The notes under the pieces are model-generated. The model was not told where the DNA came from and did no database searches. It saw only the letters and a list, made by a program, of their open reading frames with translations. Positions 37,201 to 48,574 of a stretch of DNA of 64,000 bases are shown one piece after another. Numbering within the stretch: position 1 is the stretch's first letter; every line of letters begins with the position of its first letter. The stretch is taken from assembly GCF_036321535.1 (NCBI RefSeq), contig NC_087454.1, positions 17,794,001-17,858,000 of the forward strand, given 5' to 3'. The stretch comes from Camelus dromedarius (taxonomy: Eukaryota). The position numbers and the translations under genes were made by a program.

Positions 37201-39870
37201 GCAACTCCAAGGAAAGAGTCGGGAAACCTTTGCCCTTTTGAGCCTGGCCTGATCCACCTGCAAGAGGGTGTCAACTCTAGCAGGGACCAGTAGAGCAGCA
37301 ATTCTTTTCCCTGCTGGACCCTATAACCCTCCTTTTTTTTTTTTTTTTTTTTTTCCTACTTTTCTTTTCTTTGTTGCATCTGAAGTTAGTTGGCTCGTTT
37401 TATAGATATATATTCTATCGAGTAAGATTTGAAAGTTTTCTGTGAAAAGAGCTATTTCTTTTAATGAGACAGGTTAACTATTCATTTACTTATTTTACAT
37501 TATGCAGCTTATAAACTTTGTTTTTAATTGTTTAAAAAGCTGTACGATCATACTTCTTACCTTTAGTACATTTCTTTAACTTTGTATAAGCATTCACCAC
37601 ATGAACTAGTAGTTGTCCTCATTTTCTTTGTCCTTCAGTAAAAATTTGGGGGAAGATGAATGGAAAAACCAATTTTTTACATTCTTATTTGTTTATTTGT
37701 TTTTTACTACAGTACTTGATCTCTTCAGTCTTTTCTCCTCCTTCTGTGATTTATTGCAACTCTTCCAGATTTCCTAACCCTGCGAGATCTCTCTCGATTA
37801 ACAGCCAGGATGTCAGCTGTTTGGGTGGCTGCGCATTCTCTTTGCTCTCCTGTCGTCCCCACGCTGTTAGTTTGGGAGATTACTCTCCATCCAGTAAGAC
37901 TTGGAGAGCTTTTTCTCAGCTCCTCAGGCCTGGCTGTTGGCAGCTAAAATACAAAGTTTCTTGTATTGGTTGCTTTTTATTTTCCTGCCATGTTCCCTAA
38001 CTTCAGCCGACTTCGCACTTGGGTGTGTCTCGGTGGGTTTTTGTCTCCACTTTCTGGCTTTCCCCTGGCCCCTCTTTGGCATACTCTCCCCAGCAGAGAC
38101 ACTGGAATTGGTTTTGTCTACTTGGAATTCTGTTTGGGTCAAGCAAGCCCACAGGCAAATCTTAAAAATCTCTTAGTTTCTTCCCATTTCTCCTAATCTG
38201 GTCTTTGTGGGTTTTTCCTCCTCTGCCCTTCTGTCCATCTGCCAGGGATATGCACCAGCCTCTTTTCTTCTATGAAGGCCTCTTGTGGAATTTAGTTCAC
38301 TTTGATTCCTTTGTATCCTCATCTCCCTAATGGGTTCAGAAAATCTACTCCTCTTAAACTTACAGTTTGCTTTAGTTAGTAGCTTGAGAGGGACACATTC
38401 TTGCAACTTCCTACAACACCAAAAATGGAACTCAGTGCTTTGTATTTTTAAAATATTTCCAGATTTCTGTGCCAAAACTGCTTTTGTCATTCCTTGAAAC
38501 TATTTACTTTGAAATATATAGCAATAGCCTAGCATCTCTCAATAAGGAAACTAACCATTTGAGGACCTACTTTTGCCAGGTGCTTTGCATGTTGTTTCAG
38601 GTCATCCTTATATCACATGTTATTTATTTCAATTGATATTCTAAAATAGCCAGTTTTGTTCTTATGTTGAAGTCAGAAGTGAGATAGAATATCTACATGA
38701 CACCATGGAAACTTTAAGAACTGAAATGGCTGAGCACCTGCAGGTGCATTTCCAGATTTTACTTCGACTTCCAGGTGAGACCGCTTGGAACTTGCAAGGT
38801 AAAAGAATGTCACATGGAATTTGGATATATTTCAGAAAGTTATCTCTAATATTTGTCCACTGATTTGACAGATGTTTATTGAGAACTTATCATGATCCAG
38901 TCTAGTCTTCACTATCAACATAATGGTCCCAAAGTCACACTTGGTCCCTCCCTCACCCTCCCAGAGATTAAAATCCAATACCACCCATGACTTTTGATTA
39001 GTTGTCTAAGGGTGAAGATGGTCTTCTCCACATAGGTAGTATCTTCATTTTACCTTAAGAAAGATCTTCTTTAGTCTTTTGTGCCTGATTACTGGTATAG
39101 TTTCTATACAAATGATGAGGACAGATTAGCAACATTATTCAATGAAAGCACTAGTACTATGCATCATGGAAAGCTTCCATATATGGGCACATAACTTCCA
39201 TATCTTGGCACATCTGCTAAAACAGAATATCCTGTTTGGAATCCTTACCTCTTGCTTTTTTGTAATTTGGGGGAATAATATCACCAGCAATATTGAAGAT
39301 GGCTTGATAAAGCTTATATTTTTAGAAGTTAAATGATGGAGAAAATTGTGAATCTTGTTGTCAGCTAGGAAATGAGGATTCTGAGGTCAGGAGATGACAG
39401 TTAGGTATTTTATTCAGAAATGCTGCTTTGGAATGATTGGTCCATATAAAAGATTGCATAAAAAATTACTTCCAGTGGGGCCTCAAAAGAGTACCTCAAA
39501 TTCTGTCTTGGAAATTGTGGAGTGCAGAATTCTCATTATGTAACCCTAGTAAATTATGGAGAGCAGTGGAGTCTGAATGCAAGCATCAGAGCTTTTTTTT
39601 AAAAAAGCAAACAAACAAAAAGCCTGATATCCTTAATTCGCCCAAAAACTCTCCAGGATGCTGCCTTAGTTTTCCACTCCTGGAATTTATTCAAGAAATT
39701 GGGTTATGGAGGGGGTTTTTCCTTCATAAATAGAAAAAAAAAAGGGAGAGAAATGCACTACCACAATGAATATTTCGTAAAGAGTCATGAAGTTAGGGGT
39801 AGGGGTAGGGTAGGGCGCTACAGGCAAAGTGTCCTCCGTTATGTAAGGGCGGGAAGAGGAGTCAAAAGAC

Positions 39871-39943
39871 GTTTCCGTAGTGTAGTGGTTATCACGTTCG
39901 CTTCACACGCGAAAGGTCCCCGGTTCGAAACCGGGCGGAAACA
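39871..39943 (+). tRNA. tRNA-Val(CAC)
   Basis: 73 nt GTTTCCGTAGTGTAGTGG...TTCGC-TT-CAC-AC-GCGAA...GGTTCGAAACCGGGCGGAAACA; long T run 3 nt downstream. Confidence 0.97.
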
Positions 39944-40739
39944 CACTTTTTTTTTTTCTAATTTCAGCAACTTCAATTTGCTTATATTTACAAATAACAA
40001 AACTTCCAAATCGTCACACTTGCTCTTTGTTTGAAAACAGAAATTGTCCTGAGAGTCCCGCGCTGATGCGTGATTTCGCTGTTCACAAGAGGCAGCTTTT
40101 CCTCTCCCTTCTCTCCTCTGCTGGGTTCCCTCAGGGCCTGTGAGGGTCCCCGGGAAAAGTATTAGAAGAAGGGGAGAGGAAATGGTTGCTCTCTTTGGAA
40201 TTTGGATTTCTACCAAAAGAGACTTCACCAGAAACCGACCCTGAGGGCCCCTTATCTTGGACCCCATCTGTAGCAGAAAAGTCTCCCAGACTCGATCAGC
40301 TTCTTCTGGGGCTCCAGGTGTGGCCTCCTTTAGAGTACTGCTGAGTTCCATAAAGAACTCTACTCACCATTCTAGAAGAGAGCTCTGGAAGAAATTTTTT
40401 CTCCTCCACTTCCTCGTTTATAGCGTTTTCTTGACCTTTTATTTAATTTTTAATAGGTAGTATCTAAAGTCTAAAGTGACATGCAGTAATCTCCCTCCTG
40501 TTCCCAGATAATTCCATCGCCTTAGTCTCCTGCCCCTCAACTGGGTACTGTTGTCATGAGCTTACTGATTATTCTTGAGAGGTTTTGTTTGTTTGTTTGT
40601 TTGTTGTCAAATGCATATATAATCTAACACAAATATATCTCCAATAGTAGTATTCTATAGAGACTGATGTGAACTTTGCTTTTATTTTATATTGTATGTA
40701 TGTACATAGTGATCTTTATCATTTTGTTTGAAATACACA

Positions 40740-41000
40740 TAGCACTCCATTACGTAGTTATGCCATAATTTATCTAATTAAATAACTGTGACTAATTAGG
40801 TTTGTCTCAGTCTTACAATTAATACTGCAGAGAATAAGCTTGAACACAATATAATCTCTCATGTGTTCAAGTCTCTTTTACATTTGTGGAAATGCTGTAC
40901 AAAGAGTATATGCGTTTGAAACGTTGATAGATCCTGCCAAATTGTCCTCCATAGCAGCAAGGCATGGTATATTTGTCTGTGGGGAACACAAATGAGTAGA
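40740..41000 (-). mobile_element. Ancient L1ME remnant
   Basis: GATAGATCCTGCCAAATTGTCCTCCA motif of old L1 ORF2 antisense. Confidence 0.5.
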
Positions 41001-41364
41001 ATTGCAAACACGCTGAACGCAACCCTTACTTCATTCTCTGCCAAGTATGAAGCAAAACCAGGCAATCCATGAAGACGGTAGAAACTTTTTGAAAATCAAG
41101 GATTATTGTGATGCTGGAATCTTGCCTTTTCTCAAAGAGGTGAGACTTCGCAGCCTGGAGCCTAGCAGAATGGGAACCAGTTGGATGAGGCTGGGAAGGA
41201 GCTGAGTGGAGAGATCTGATGAAGGGGCTTAGGGAGTGATCTCCTTTTGCATACTGTTGGAAGTAAACATGTCAAATAAACAAGAGTGGCCAGAATAGTT
41301 AGGATTATTAATCAGGGCCCTGTGCGGATGTGCTTTTCAAGGCTTAAAGAGAGCTGGGAACTAA

Positions 41365-41446
41365 GCTGTGATGGCCGAGTGGTTAAGGCGTTGGACTCGA
41401 AATCCAATGGGGTTTCCCCGCGCAGGTTCAAATCCTGCTCACAGCG
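41365..41446 (+). tRNA. tRNA-Ser(CGA)
   Basis: 82 nt GCTGTGATGGCCGAGTGG...TTGGA-CT-CGA-AA-TCCAA...GGTTCAAATCCTGCTCACAGCG; variable arm GGGG-TTT-CCCC. Confidence 0.97.
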
Positions 41447-41923
41447 TATGCCAGTGCGTTCCCAAACAAGGTAACTCTCTTACTGTGGACTCTAGCTCCT
41501 CATCTTATTCCACAAGCTGAGAAACTGAGAAGTTAGGAGGCAGCTTCTCGTAATAAAGTACTTCGGCTCTTACATTCTCTTCCAAACTGGTTGGGCTCTT
41601 GTGAATCCTTTGAGCGCAGGGGCGGTGCTTACTTCAGCCCCACTAGCTACAGTCTGTCCGCACTACGCGGGTAGTCGGAGACTTAGTGAATTCTTAAAAC
41701 AGCTGCTTGTTTTGTATTGAGTGTGTTCAATCTAAACACAGCGGCAGATTCCAATGACAAAGAGAAACAGGAAATTTTGTTTTTAAAAATCTGTAATAAA
41801 ATTCACCATTCTGATAATAGAAATGCAGGCAGCTTCCTTAAAGAGTTCTCCGGTATTTTAAAACAAACAAACAAAAAACGGGCTGGCGGGAACCTTATAG
41901 GTCTAGGATCATAAATATCCATT

Positions 41924-41924
<1 letters not shown>

Positions 41925-41968
<44 letters not shown>
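41925..41968 (+). repeat. Compound (TG)n(AG)n microsatellite
   Basis: Read directly from the sequence. Confidence 0.9.
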
Positions 41969-41969
<1 letters not shown>

Positions 41970-42863
41970 CGCCAGCGAGCTCCAAGGACTATTCAAAACA
42001 TTGTACTGTAGAAATGAAGAAACTGGGGCAAAGGGAGATACACAACTTGGGCCAAGGCAGTAAATCTAATGGGGAAAAAACCAGAGAAAGTCTGCGGGCA
42101 CTGCGGCTGCACTCGAACCCAAACTGCTGTATTTCTCTCTCTTAAAGGACCACCCTCACTTACTTTTGTATTTCCACGTGCATATTTCGCCTACATTGAG
42201 CCCTTCAATATAGCTAGCCAATTTATGTAATGATGACAGGTATACTTAAATTTTATAATTATATTAACTCTGAACTTCATAGTTCCTATATGAGTTTGGT
42301 TCTTAAAGTGTTTACCTTCACCTAATTTGGAAGAGTGGGTGCTTCAGAATGTCTTTTGCCGCATAGTCTGAAATTTTTTCCTCTGTAAAGAGTTTTGGCT
42401 CTTTGGAGAGTGAGATGGAAAACATATAATACCTCAAGAATGTGTTTTATTCTACCTTCTCTTTCACTATATCAAAACTGAAAATTAAACGGATCACTAA
42501 TTATTGATGCATACACAGCATCAGTATCTAAGGACATAAGAAAAATGAAATGGCTTGATGAATGGACAAATGAGCAGTCTGAATAAATTAATAAAGCGTT
42601 CACAAGCAGTAACAATAGAAACTAGCATGCACATAAATGAAAAAATGCTAACTACAGTCATTCTATCACATGATGCTCCAAGGCAGAAAATTCTTTCATA
42701 AATATAAATATTTTAAGGAATGTACACACAAACTGACCCCGAAGATAATCAGATTTACCAGAATCCACAGATTTTCTTGTTCAACTAAATTGTCAGTACA
42801 ATGAAGCAACAGTTTTCTCAATGATTCTAGTGAATAATGAATAATACAGCTCTAAAGAAGAGG

Positions 42864-42936
42864 GGGCCAGTGGCGCAATGGATAACGCGTCTGACTACGG
42901 ATCAGAAGATTCTAGGTTCGACTCCTGGCTGGCTCG
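42864..42936 (+). tRNA. tRNA-Arg(ACG)
   Basis: 73 nt GGGCCAGTGGCGCAATGG...TCTGA-CT-ACG-GA-TCAGA...GGTTCGACTCCTGGCTGGCTCG; T5 at 42949. Confidence 0.98.
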
Positions 42937-42991
42937 AGTTCCCCTTCCTTTTTGGGGGGGTGATTCTATTACCAATTTTAACAACATAGAA

Positions 42992-43122
42992 TTGTTTGTT
43001 TGATGAGAGGGAGGTAATTAGGTTTATTTATTTATTTATATTTGGAGGCGGTACTGGGAATTGAAACCAGGACCTCGTGCTTGGTGAACATGCGCTCTAC
43101 CACTTAAGTTATACCCTCCCCC
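42992..43122 (-). mobile_element. tRNA-Ala-derived SINE (camelid Vic-1-like)
   Basis: Minus GGGGAGGGTATAACTTAAGTGGTAGAGCGCATG...CACGAGGTCCTGG with tail AAATAAATAAACCTAATTACCTCC; same family as 46113, 52620 and 63395. Confidence 0.85.
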
Positions 43123-43279
43123 ACAAAACGTAAATTCTTAGTCAATTTTGGCTGTCTATTAAGTCTGAACGGATACTCAAAGCACCTCTCTTCTGAAAAG
43201 TCCTTTTTATCTCGTTTCTTTTACTGATACTGAGAAGGGGAGTTGAAAGATCTTTGAAAACACAACTTTAAAACTTAAA

Positions 43280-43385
43280 TACAGAATATTATTTGGCCAT
43301 AAAAAAGAATGAATTTCTGATACATGCTACAACATGAGCGAGCCTTGAAAACATCATACTAAATGTAAGAAGCTAGACACAAAAA
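43280..43385 (+). mobile_element. Old L1 3' fragment
   Basis: GCCATAAAAAAGAATGAATTTCTGATACATGCTACAACATG motif. Confidence 0.7.
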
Positions 43386-43859
43386 GCCTCACCTCTAAAG
43401 ACTGAGACTACGAAACTGTTTAGACTTGTAAGGGATCCTACACAAAAGTTAAACCTACAAGAAGAGGGCGAGGGTAAAAAGAGAAACAAGGAAATTAGCA
43501 AGTTGAGGGGGGAGGTGTCTCTTGAAACAGCTGGATCTCCTTTCCAGGTGTTTCTGGGCGTGGCTTCAGACTCTTGGGGAGGAGTGGAGGAACCTGGCAA
43601 GGAAATCAAGGTGAATCTGGGAAAAGGAACACAAACAAGCAAAGGAGACTTTCATTTATGGGTATTCATGTATTTATCTTACAGAAGTTTATTGACTCTA
43701 GACGATGTGTGCTGAAAGGGTTCTGAGAATAAAAAGAATGAACCTGCCACCACTTATCTAGACTTCGTTTGATACACTGTCTGCTGGGCTATTAGCAAAT
43801 TAAAAGGGAAGCCAGGTGAGGAGGGAAGAATTGTCTTAACGATTTGGAACTTCCTGATG

Positions 43860-44035
43860 CAAAGGTTTCTCAAATTTTAGCAGGAGAATCGCTAGGAAGG
43901 AGCGTTAAGCCCAGGTTTCTAGACTCACCCCCACCCCGAGATTCCATATTGGTTCTAGGGTGCAGCCCATGAATTCTTAGCAAAGTGATGCTTCTGTTGC
44001 TGTTCCACCGACCATACTTTAAGTAGCACTGAACT
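43860..44035. mobile_element. MER5A-like hAT-Charlie DNA transposon remnant
   Basis: GGTTTCTCAAA start and CCATACTTTAAGTAGCACTG end. Confidence 0.6.
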
Positions 44036-44136
44036 AGAACGTTGTATTTTATTAACCACTTTTTCCAGCTGACACCAACAGGAAACTTCCCCGTTGAAGA
44101 AAAAAAAAAAAAAAATAGAGCTTTTATATGGCGCCA

Positions 44137-44188
44137 CTCACAACTCCAGTATTATTCCACTAGGCTTTAACCAACCGAAATACAGGCC
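44137..44188 (-). pseudogene. Heavily decayed tRNA-Ile(AAT)-like 5' fragment
   Basis: Hand alignment to the first 54 nt of the intact Ile gene gives 35 matches and 2 gaps; AATAA loop retained; most mismatches are transitions. Confidence 0.45.
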
Positions 44189-44955
44189 TTTTCTACTCTC
44201 AAGATTTTTGAATTGGTTCTCTCTTTTATCAACATGTAAGTTTCATTGAATACTTTTTTCTTAATTTTTGGTGGTGGTGGTGGTGGCTTGTTTTAGAAAG
44301 AAGTCAGTTTCAACCTCCCCCTCAAACAAACAAAAAGACTTCTGATATAATAATCAAATCACTCTTGCACCTGAAGGAGGAAACTTAGGCTTTTCCAAAC
44401 ATCTGCATGTTGGAAACTCCTATCTCCCCACCAAACAATCTACAGAGATTATATTGTGAAGAGAGAATTTTTTCCTTTACCCCAGAATGTTGTAGATGTG
44501 CTGTGTCCAAAACGATAACCATTAGCATATTTCTAAAATGTAATTCAAAAAAAAAAGAGAATGAAGTATTTCATTAATTTTTTTCTTGATTACATGTTGA
44601 AACGATAATATTTAGGGTTAAAACATTAACCCCAAATATTATTCATTCTACTTGTTTATTTCTACTTCTTAAAATATGGCAGCTAGAAAAATTAACTTGT
44701 TTTATGATATTATTTGTTAACTCTCACATCTTGTGATTATTGATTTAGTAATATCAGTGATGTGTGATCAGTTTGCCAGGAATATGGTTCTTTTGAGCAG
44801 ACTCCATGGCAGTGTCACAGTCCAAAGAATTTACATTTTTTACTTTAAAAAATATGAGTATTCTTTTTTAAAGTAAAAAGCAATTCCTAGTGGGTAAAAA
44901 TGAAAATTTTCTCATACTGTATTTCTTTACTTGCTTTTCTTTTTCTATTCGAGAG

Positions 44956-45028
44956 GATTCTGTGGTTTGGCTGGTTAAAGAGCCTGCTTAGTAAACAGAA
45001 GTTCCTGGCTTGCAATTTCGTGGGTCTC
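44956..45028 (+). pseudogene. tRNA-Thr(AGT) pseudogene
   Basis: About 52 of 74 positions match the intact Thr gene by hand alignment; anticodon AGT kept at 44990-44992; B box broken (GGCTTGCAAT). Confidence 0.8.
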
Positions 45029-45815
45029 TCTCTGCAGGCTTTATAATTTTGAAAAGTGTTAACCCTCATTTCATTAAACACAGTTTGGGGAATTTATCCT
45101 TGACAAAACCTGTTGTTGTTCAATTGTTATATGATGTGGCAAACTAAGAGCCTGCTGTTTATAGATGTGGTTTCTGAAGGTGGTAAGCAATGGGAGTTTT
45201 AAAACAAGAGAGGGGGAAACTGGATGGACTATGCAAAATGTTGCATGAAAAAAATCATTCCACACATGGCATGACTGAAGCACCAAAAACTATTACTTGG
45301 ACACCAAGCAATTCAGAATTCTCATCTGATGACAATGCTTGTCTCATATGCAACGAGATTATCAGTGATTTTCTTTGCATTCATTAGATATTTTGTCTTT
45401 AATCTATGACTTTACCATTTGAGAGTTTGCAATAAGAGCTCCAGCCATTACTGGAAACCTCTGTTTTTTATCTTGTATGATCCCCACAACTGGTCTTAAT
45501 TCTTTTTTGCATCCTGGACTATTTACCACATATGATGATGTGATGTTCAATAAGTATTTGTGAATGGAACAATGAATAGCCAATTTCTTTTCCCTACTAT
45601 TGTGAAAGTCAGTAGAATGGAGCTGGACACTGGAGACTCTGAGGGCTGAAGGAGCTCCTAGAACCAGAAAGCAAAACTCTTTTTCCCCTACCATGTCCTC
45701 CTGCACCCTCTACTAATAAAATTTCAGTGCCAGCTGGCAGAAGAAAATAAATATTTAAAAGGCCCGGATCCCATTTCAAAAAGCAGTCTAAAGGGGTGAA
45801 TTTGGGGCTGAGAGG

Positions 45816-46030
45816 TGTATTAGAAAAAAACTGTTTTTCCTCCTGTCAGTCTCCTTTACTAGTTATACAGAACACTTTACCACTAGCTGGGTGCCCTATA
45901 GTTTAACTCAATTCAGACACCATCTATGTGGAAATAGCATCAGATCTCACAGGTTAAGGGCTCAGTCCCATAAGACTTCCACTTTGGATACCAACCCAAA
46001 ATACTAGGTCCACAGGTTACCCACATACAT
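45816..46030. mobile_element. MER21-like LTR fragment
   Basis: CAGATCTCACAGGTTAAGGGCTCAGTCCCATAAGAC motif. Confidence 0.6.
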
Positions 46031-46112
46031 GAACAGATGAGACATTTCAATAGATTGTTGGAAACTAAAAGTCAAATAAGTATGCTAAATGTTTTTTAAA
46101 ACACACTCATAG

Positions 46113-46222
46113 GTGAGAGGAGGGTATAGCTCAGTGGTAGAGCATCAATCCCCGGTACCTCCATTAAAAATAAATAAATAAAACGAATAACCCCTCCAAA
46201 AAAACAAACAAAAAACAAAACA
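46113..46222 (+). mobile_element. tRNA-Ala-derived SINE with an internal deletion
   Basis: GGAGGGTATAGCTCAGTGGTAGAGCA joined directly to TCAATCCCCGGTACCTCC; 15-bp target duplication AAAAC(A/G)CACTCATAG at 46098-46112 and 46223-46237. Confidence 0.88.
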
Positions 46223-46908
46223 AAAACGCACTCATAGTAACAGATAAAAAAAAAAAAACCCTTTAATAAGCTAACTAGTAGACTCTGTAAAGCTCAGAAA
46301 AGAAGGGATAAACTTGAAGGTAGGTCTAGAAACTACCCAAGTTGAGACAACTCAGTTAAAAAAAAAAAAAAGATTAAAAAAGAGTACTGAAGAGTTGTTG
46401 ATTAATATATTTGTCAGAAAAAATATTTGACGAGATAGTGGCCAAGTACTTTCCCAAGATAATGAAGTGAAGCTATCCCCCACTTTTCAAAAGTTCACTT
46501 TTGCTGCTACTTCATTTTTAGAAAAAGACCTACATTAGAACCTGTTTTGCTAAAGGAAATAAATCCAGAGAGGAATTTCGCTTTTATGAAGGCGATAAAT
46601 GAAGGTAATGCTGGGGATAAAGTCAAATCATATAAAATGCTCATGTATTTCAAATACAGGAAGAAAGAGTTAAAAAGAAATGAACGAAGAACGAAAGGAA
46701 CACTTAAAAAACAAATAATAAAACAATACATTTTGATAGAAATAAGTCCATATTTACATGGTATGTAAATTATCTAAATCCACCGATTACAGACAGTCTG
46801 TCAGATTGGTTAAAAAAAAGATTCAAAGCCAACTGTATGCCGGAATATTTCCCAACTTTGCTCAATGAATTTTCATTTTCAGGTAAAATACACGGTAAAG
46901 AAACCCTC

Positions 46909-46991
46909 TACCGGGAGTGGGGTTCGAACCCACGCGGACATGCGTCCATTGGATCTTAAGTCCAACGCCTTAACCACTCGGCCATCCCGGT
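46909..46991 (-). tRNA. tRNA-Leu(TAA)
   Basis: 83 nt ACCGGGATGGCCGAGTGG...TTGGA-CT-TAA-GA-TCCAA...GGTTCGAACCCCACTCCCGGTA; T3CT3 then T4 downstream. Confidence 0.98.
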
Positions 46992-48024
46992 GGTGGGCGT
47001 AGAAGTCTACAAGTCAAGTATTACAGTAGTAAAATTAATTATATTTGCTAGTCCCTAGAAAATTATGAATAGTTTTTAACCCATGAAATATGGGTCCAGG
47101 TGTTAAAGAAAGGAAATGAATCCCTGTAATGCTTCTTGGTAAAACAATATATATATATATTGAAAATTCATTTTCAAAAATTATTATCTAATCATTTGTT
47201 TGTGACACACATTATAACCAGAGGTTAAGGAACCACTGAACCATTCCTGATCTTATGGACTTGCTTTAAAATGAGGAATACTATGACCTCAAAAAAGCAT
47301 GTGATGCTACAGGAATACACACTCACATTTCCAGACCCAACTCATTTTGTCACTACTTATGCTCAAAAGATGACACTTCTTTTAGATCTAGAAAGAAAAA
47401 TCAAAGAGGAAAGAAAGTAGAGTAATAGAAGTGGGGAGAATGCAGACCCATGAACCATGTCTCACAACTCTACAAAGATAGTATCCATATGTTTTATCAC
47501 TCTTTAGAGAACATTGTTTTGTCTGCTGAATATAAGCCCCATTCCAAACCCATTGAATCTGACTGTCCAGGTAAGAGCTTCAGGTCTAGAACCAGAGGAT
47601 AGTTAATATTAAGACAAGTTCTTCTTGAAGTAAGTTTGGAAAACCCTAATGCAAATATATGGAGTTTGGAATTTGAACACGACACTGGTTTTAATAAGGA
47701 AGTATTTTGATCAAGAGTTCTAACTACCCACTAATGAAATTTCTTTCCTGATGATGTATCATATGCTATGCACTGAGTCAAGTGCATATAATATACCAAG
47801 TCAGTGAGACCCTGTCAGACACTACAGGGATAAGGTAGTGGATTGTTTAAGAATTCATTAAAGCAAGTTCCAGATAAGTATTTGGGGAGCTGTGTTGAAA
47901 GTCTGTGAAGGCTTCTGGAACCAGAGATGAAATTAAATCCTGAAGTAGGTTTTAAAACAGAATTAATTTATAAACACCCTAAAACACCTACAGTGAGCCA
48001 TCAAAATAAATAACCATCCCTTTG

Positions 48025-48090
48025 TATCTCATCTGCAGGGATTGGTTCCAGGAAGCCCTGCAGATACCAAAATCTGAGGCTGATCAAGTT
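48025..48090. mobile_element. MER2-like TcMar-Tigger fragment
   Basis: GGGGATTGGTTCCAGGA...CAGATACCAAAATC motif. Confidence 0.6.
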
Positions 48091-48574
48091 GGCCCTTCCT
48101 ATGTTCATATGTATCCCATATGATAATATGAGATGAAATGAGAGGGTTGTGTCAGCTGTACCATACAACTTCAGAAGGTTCAAGGAAAACTCTCTTCAAG
48201 CTTCAAATCATTGATATAGAAGGATTCCAGCCCTTATTGGCAATACACAATGTTTACTAAGTTAAAAACATAAACAAACAAACCAATGTCCTCCACTGCC
48301 TGATAAAACAAGGAGAAATGAAAGTGTCGTTCACTTCATTGGTTCATCCAGCTTTGAGTTCTGTTTCTGGTCTCTTATATACTCTGTACTAGTGAACAAA
48401 GACATAGTCTGAGAGATTCTTGCCTTTGCATATTGAGGGAAGTCCAGGCCTGTCAGAGCTTGGGTCAGAGTTGAATTGGGAGGAATGAGTGCAAGAAAGG
48501 TCATATCAGAGAAAGGAGTACCCAATCATTGATATAAACAAGAGTTTCTGTATTATTCTATTATTGTGATTCTT

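Noticed and set aside
42112-42120. Isolated B-box match (minus GGGTTCGAG)
   Set aside because: No A box or cloverleaf; a 9-mer is within chance without TFIIIC data.
45190-45387. 65-aa ORF ending CLIC...CIH, RING-like
   Set aside because: Only a partial ligand set, short spacing and an immediate stop; no further homology recognised.
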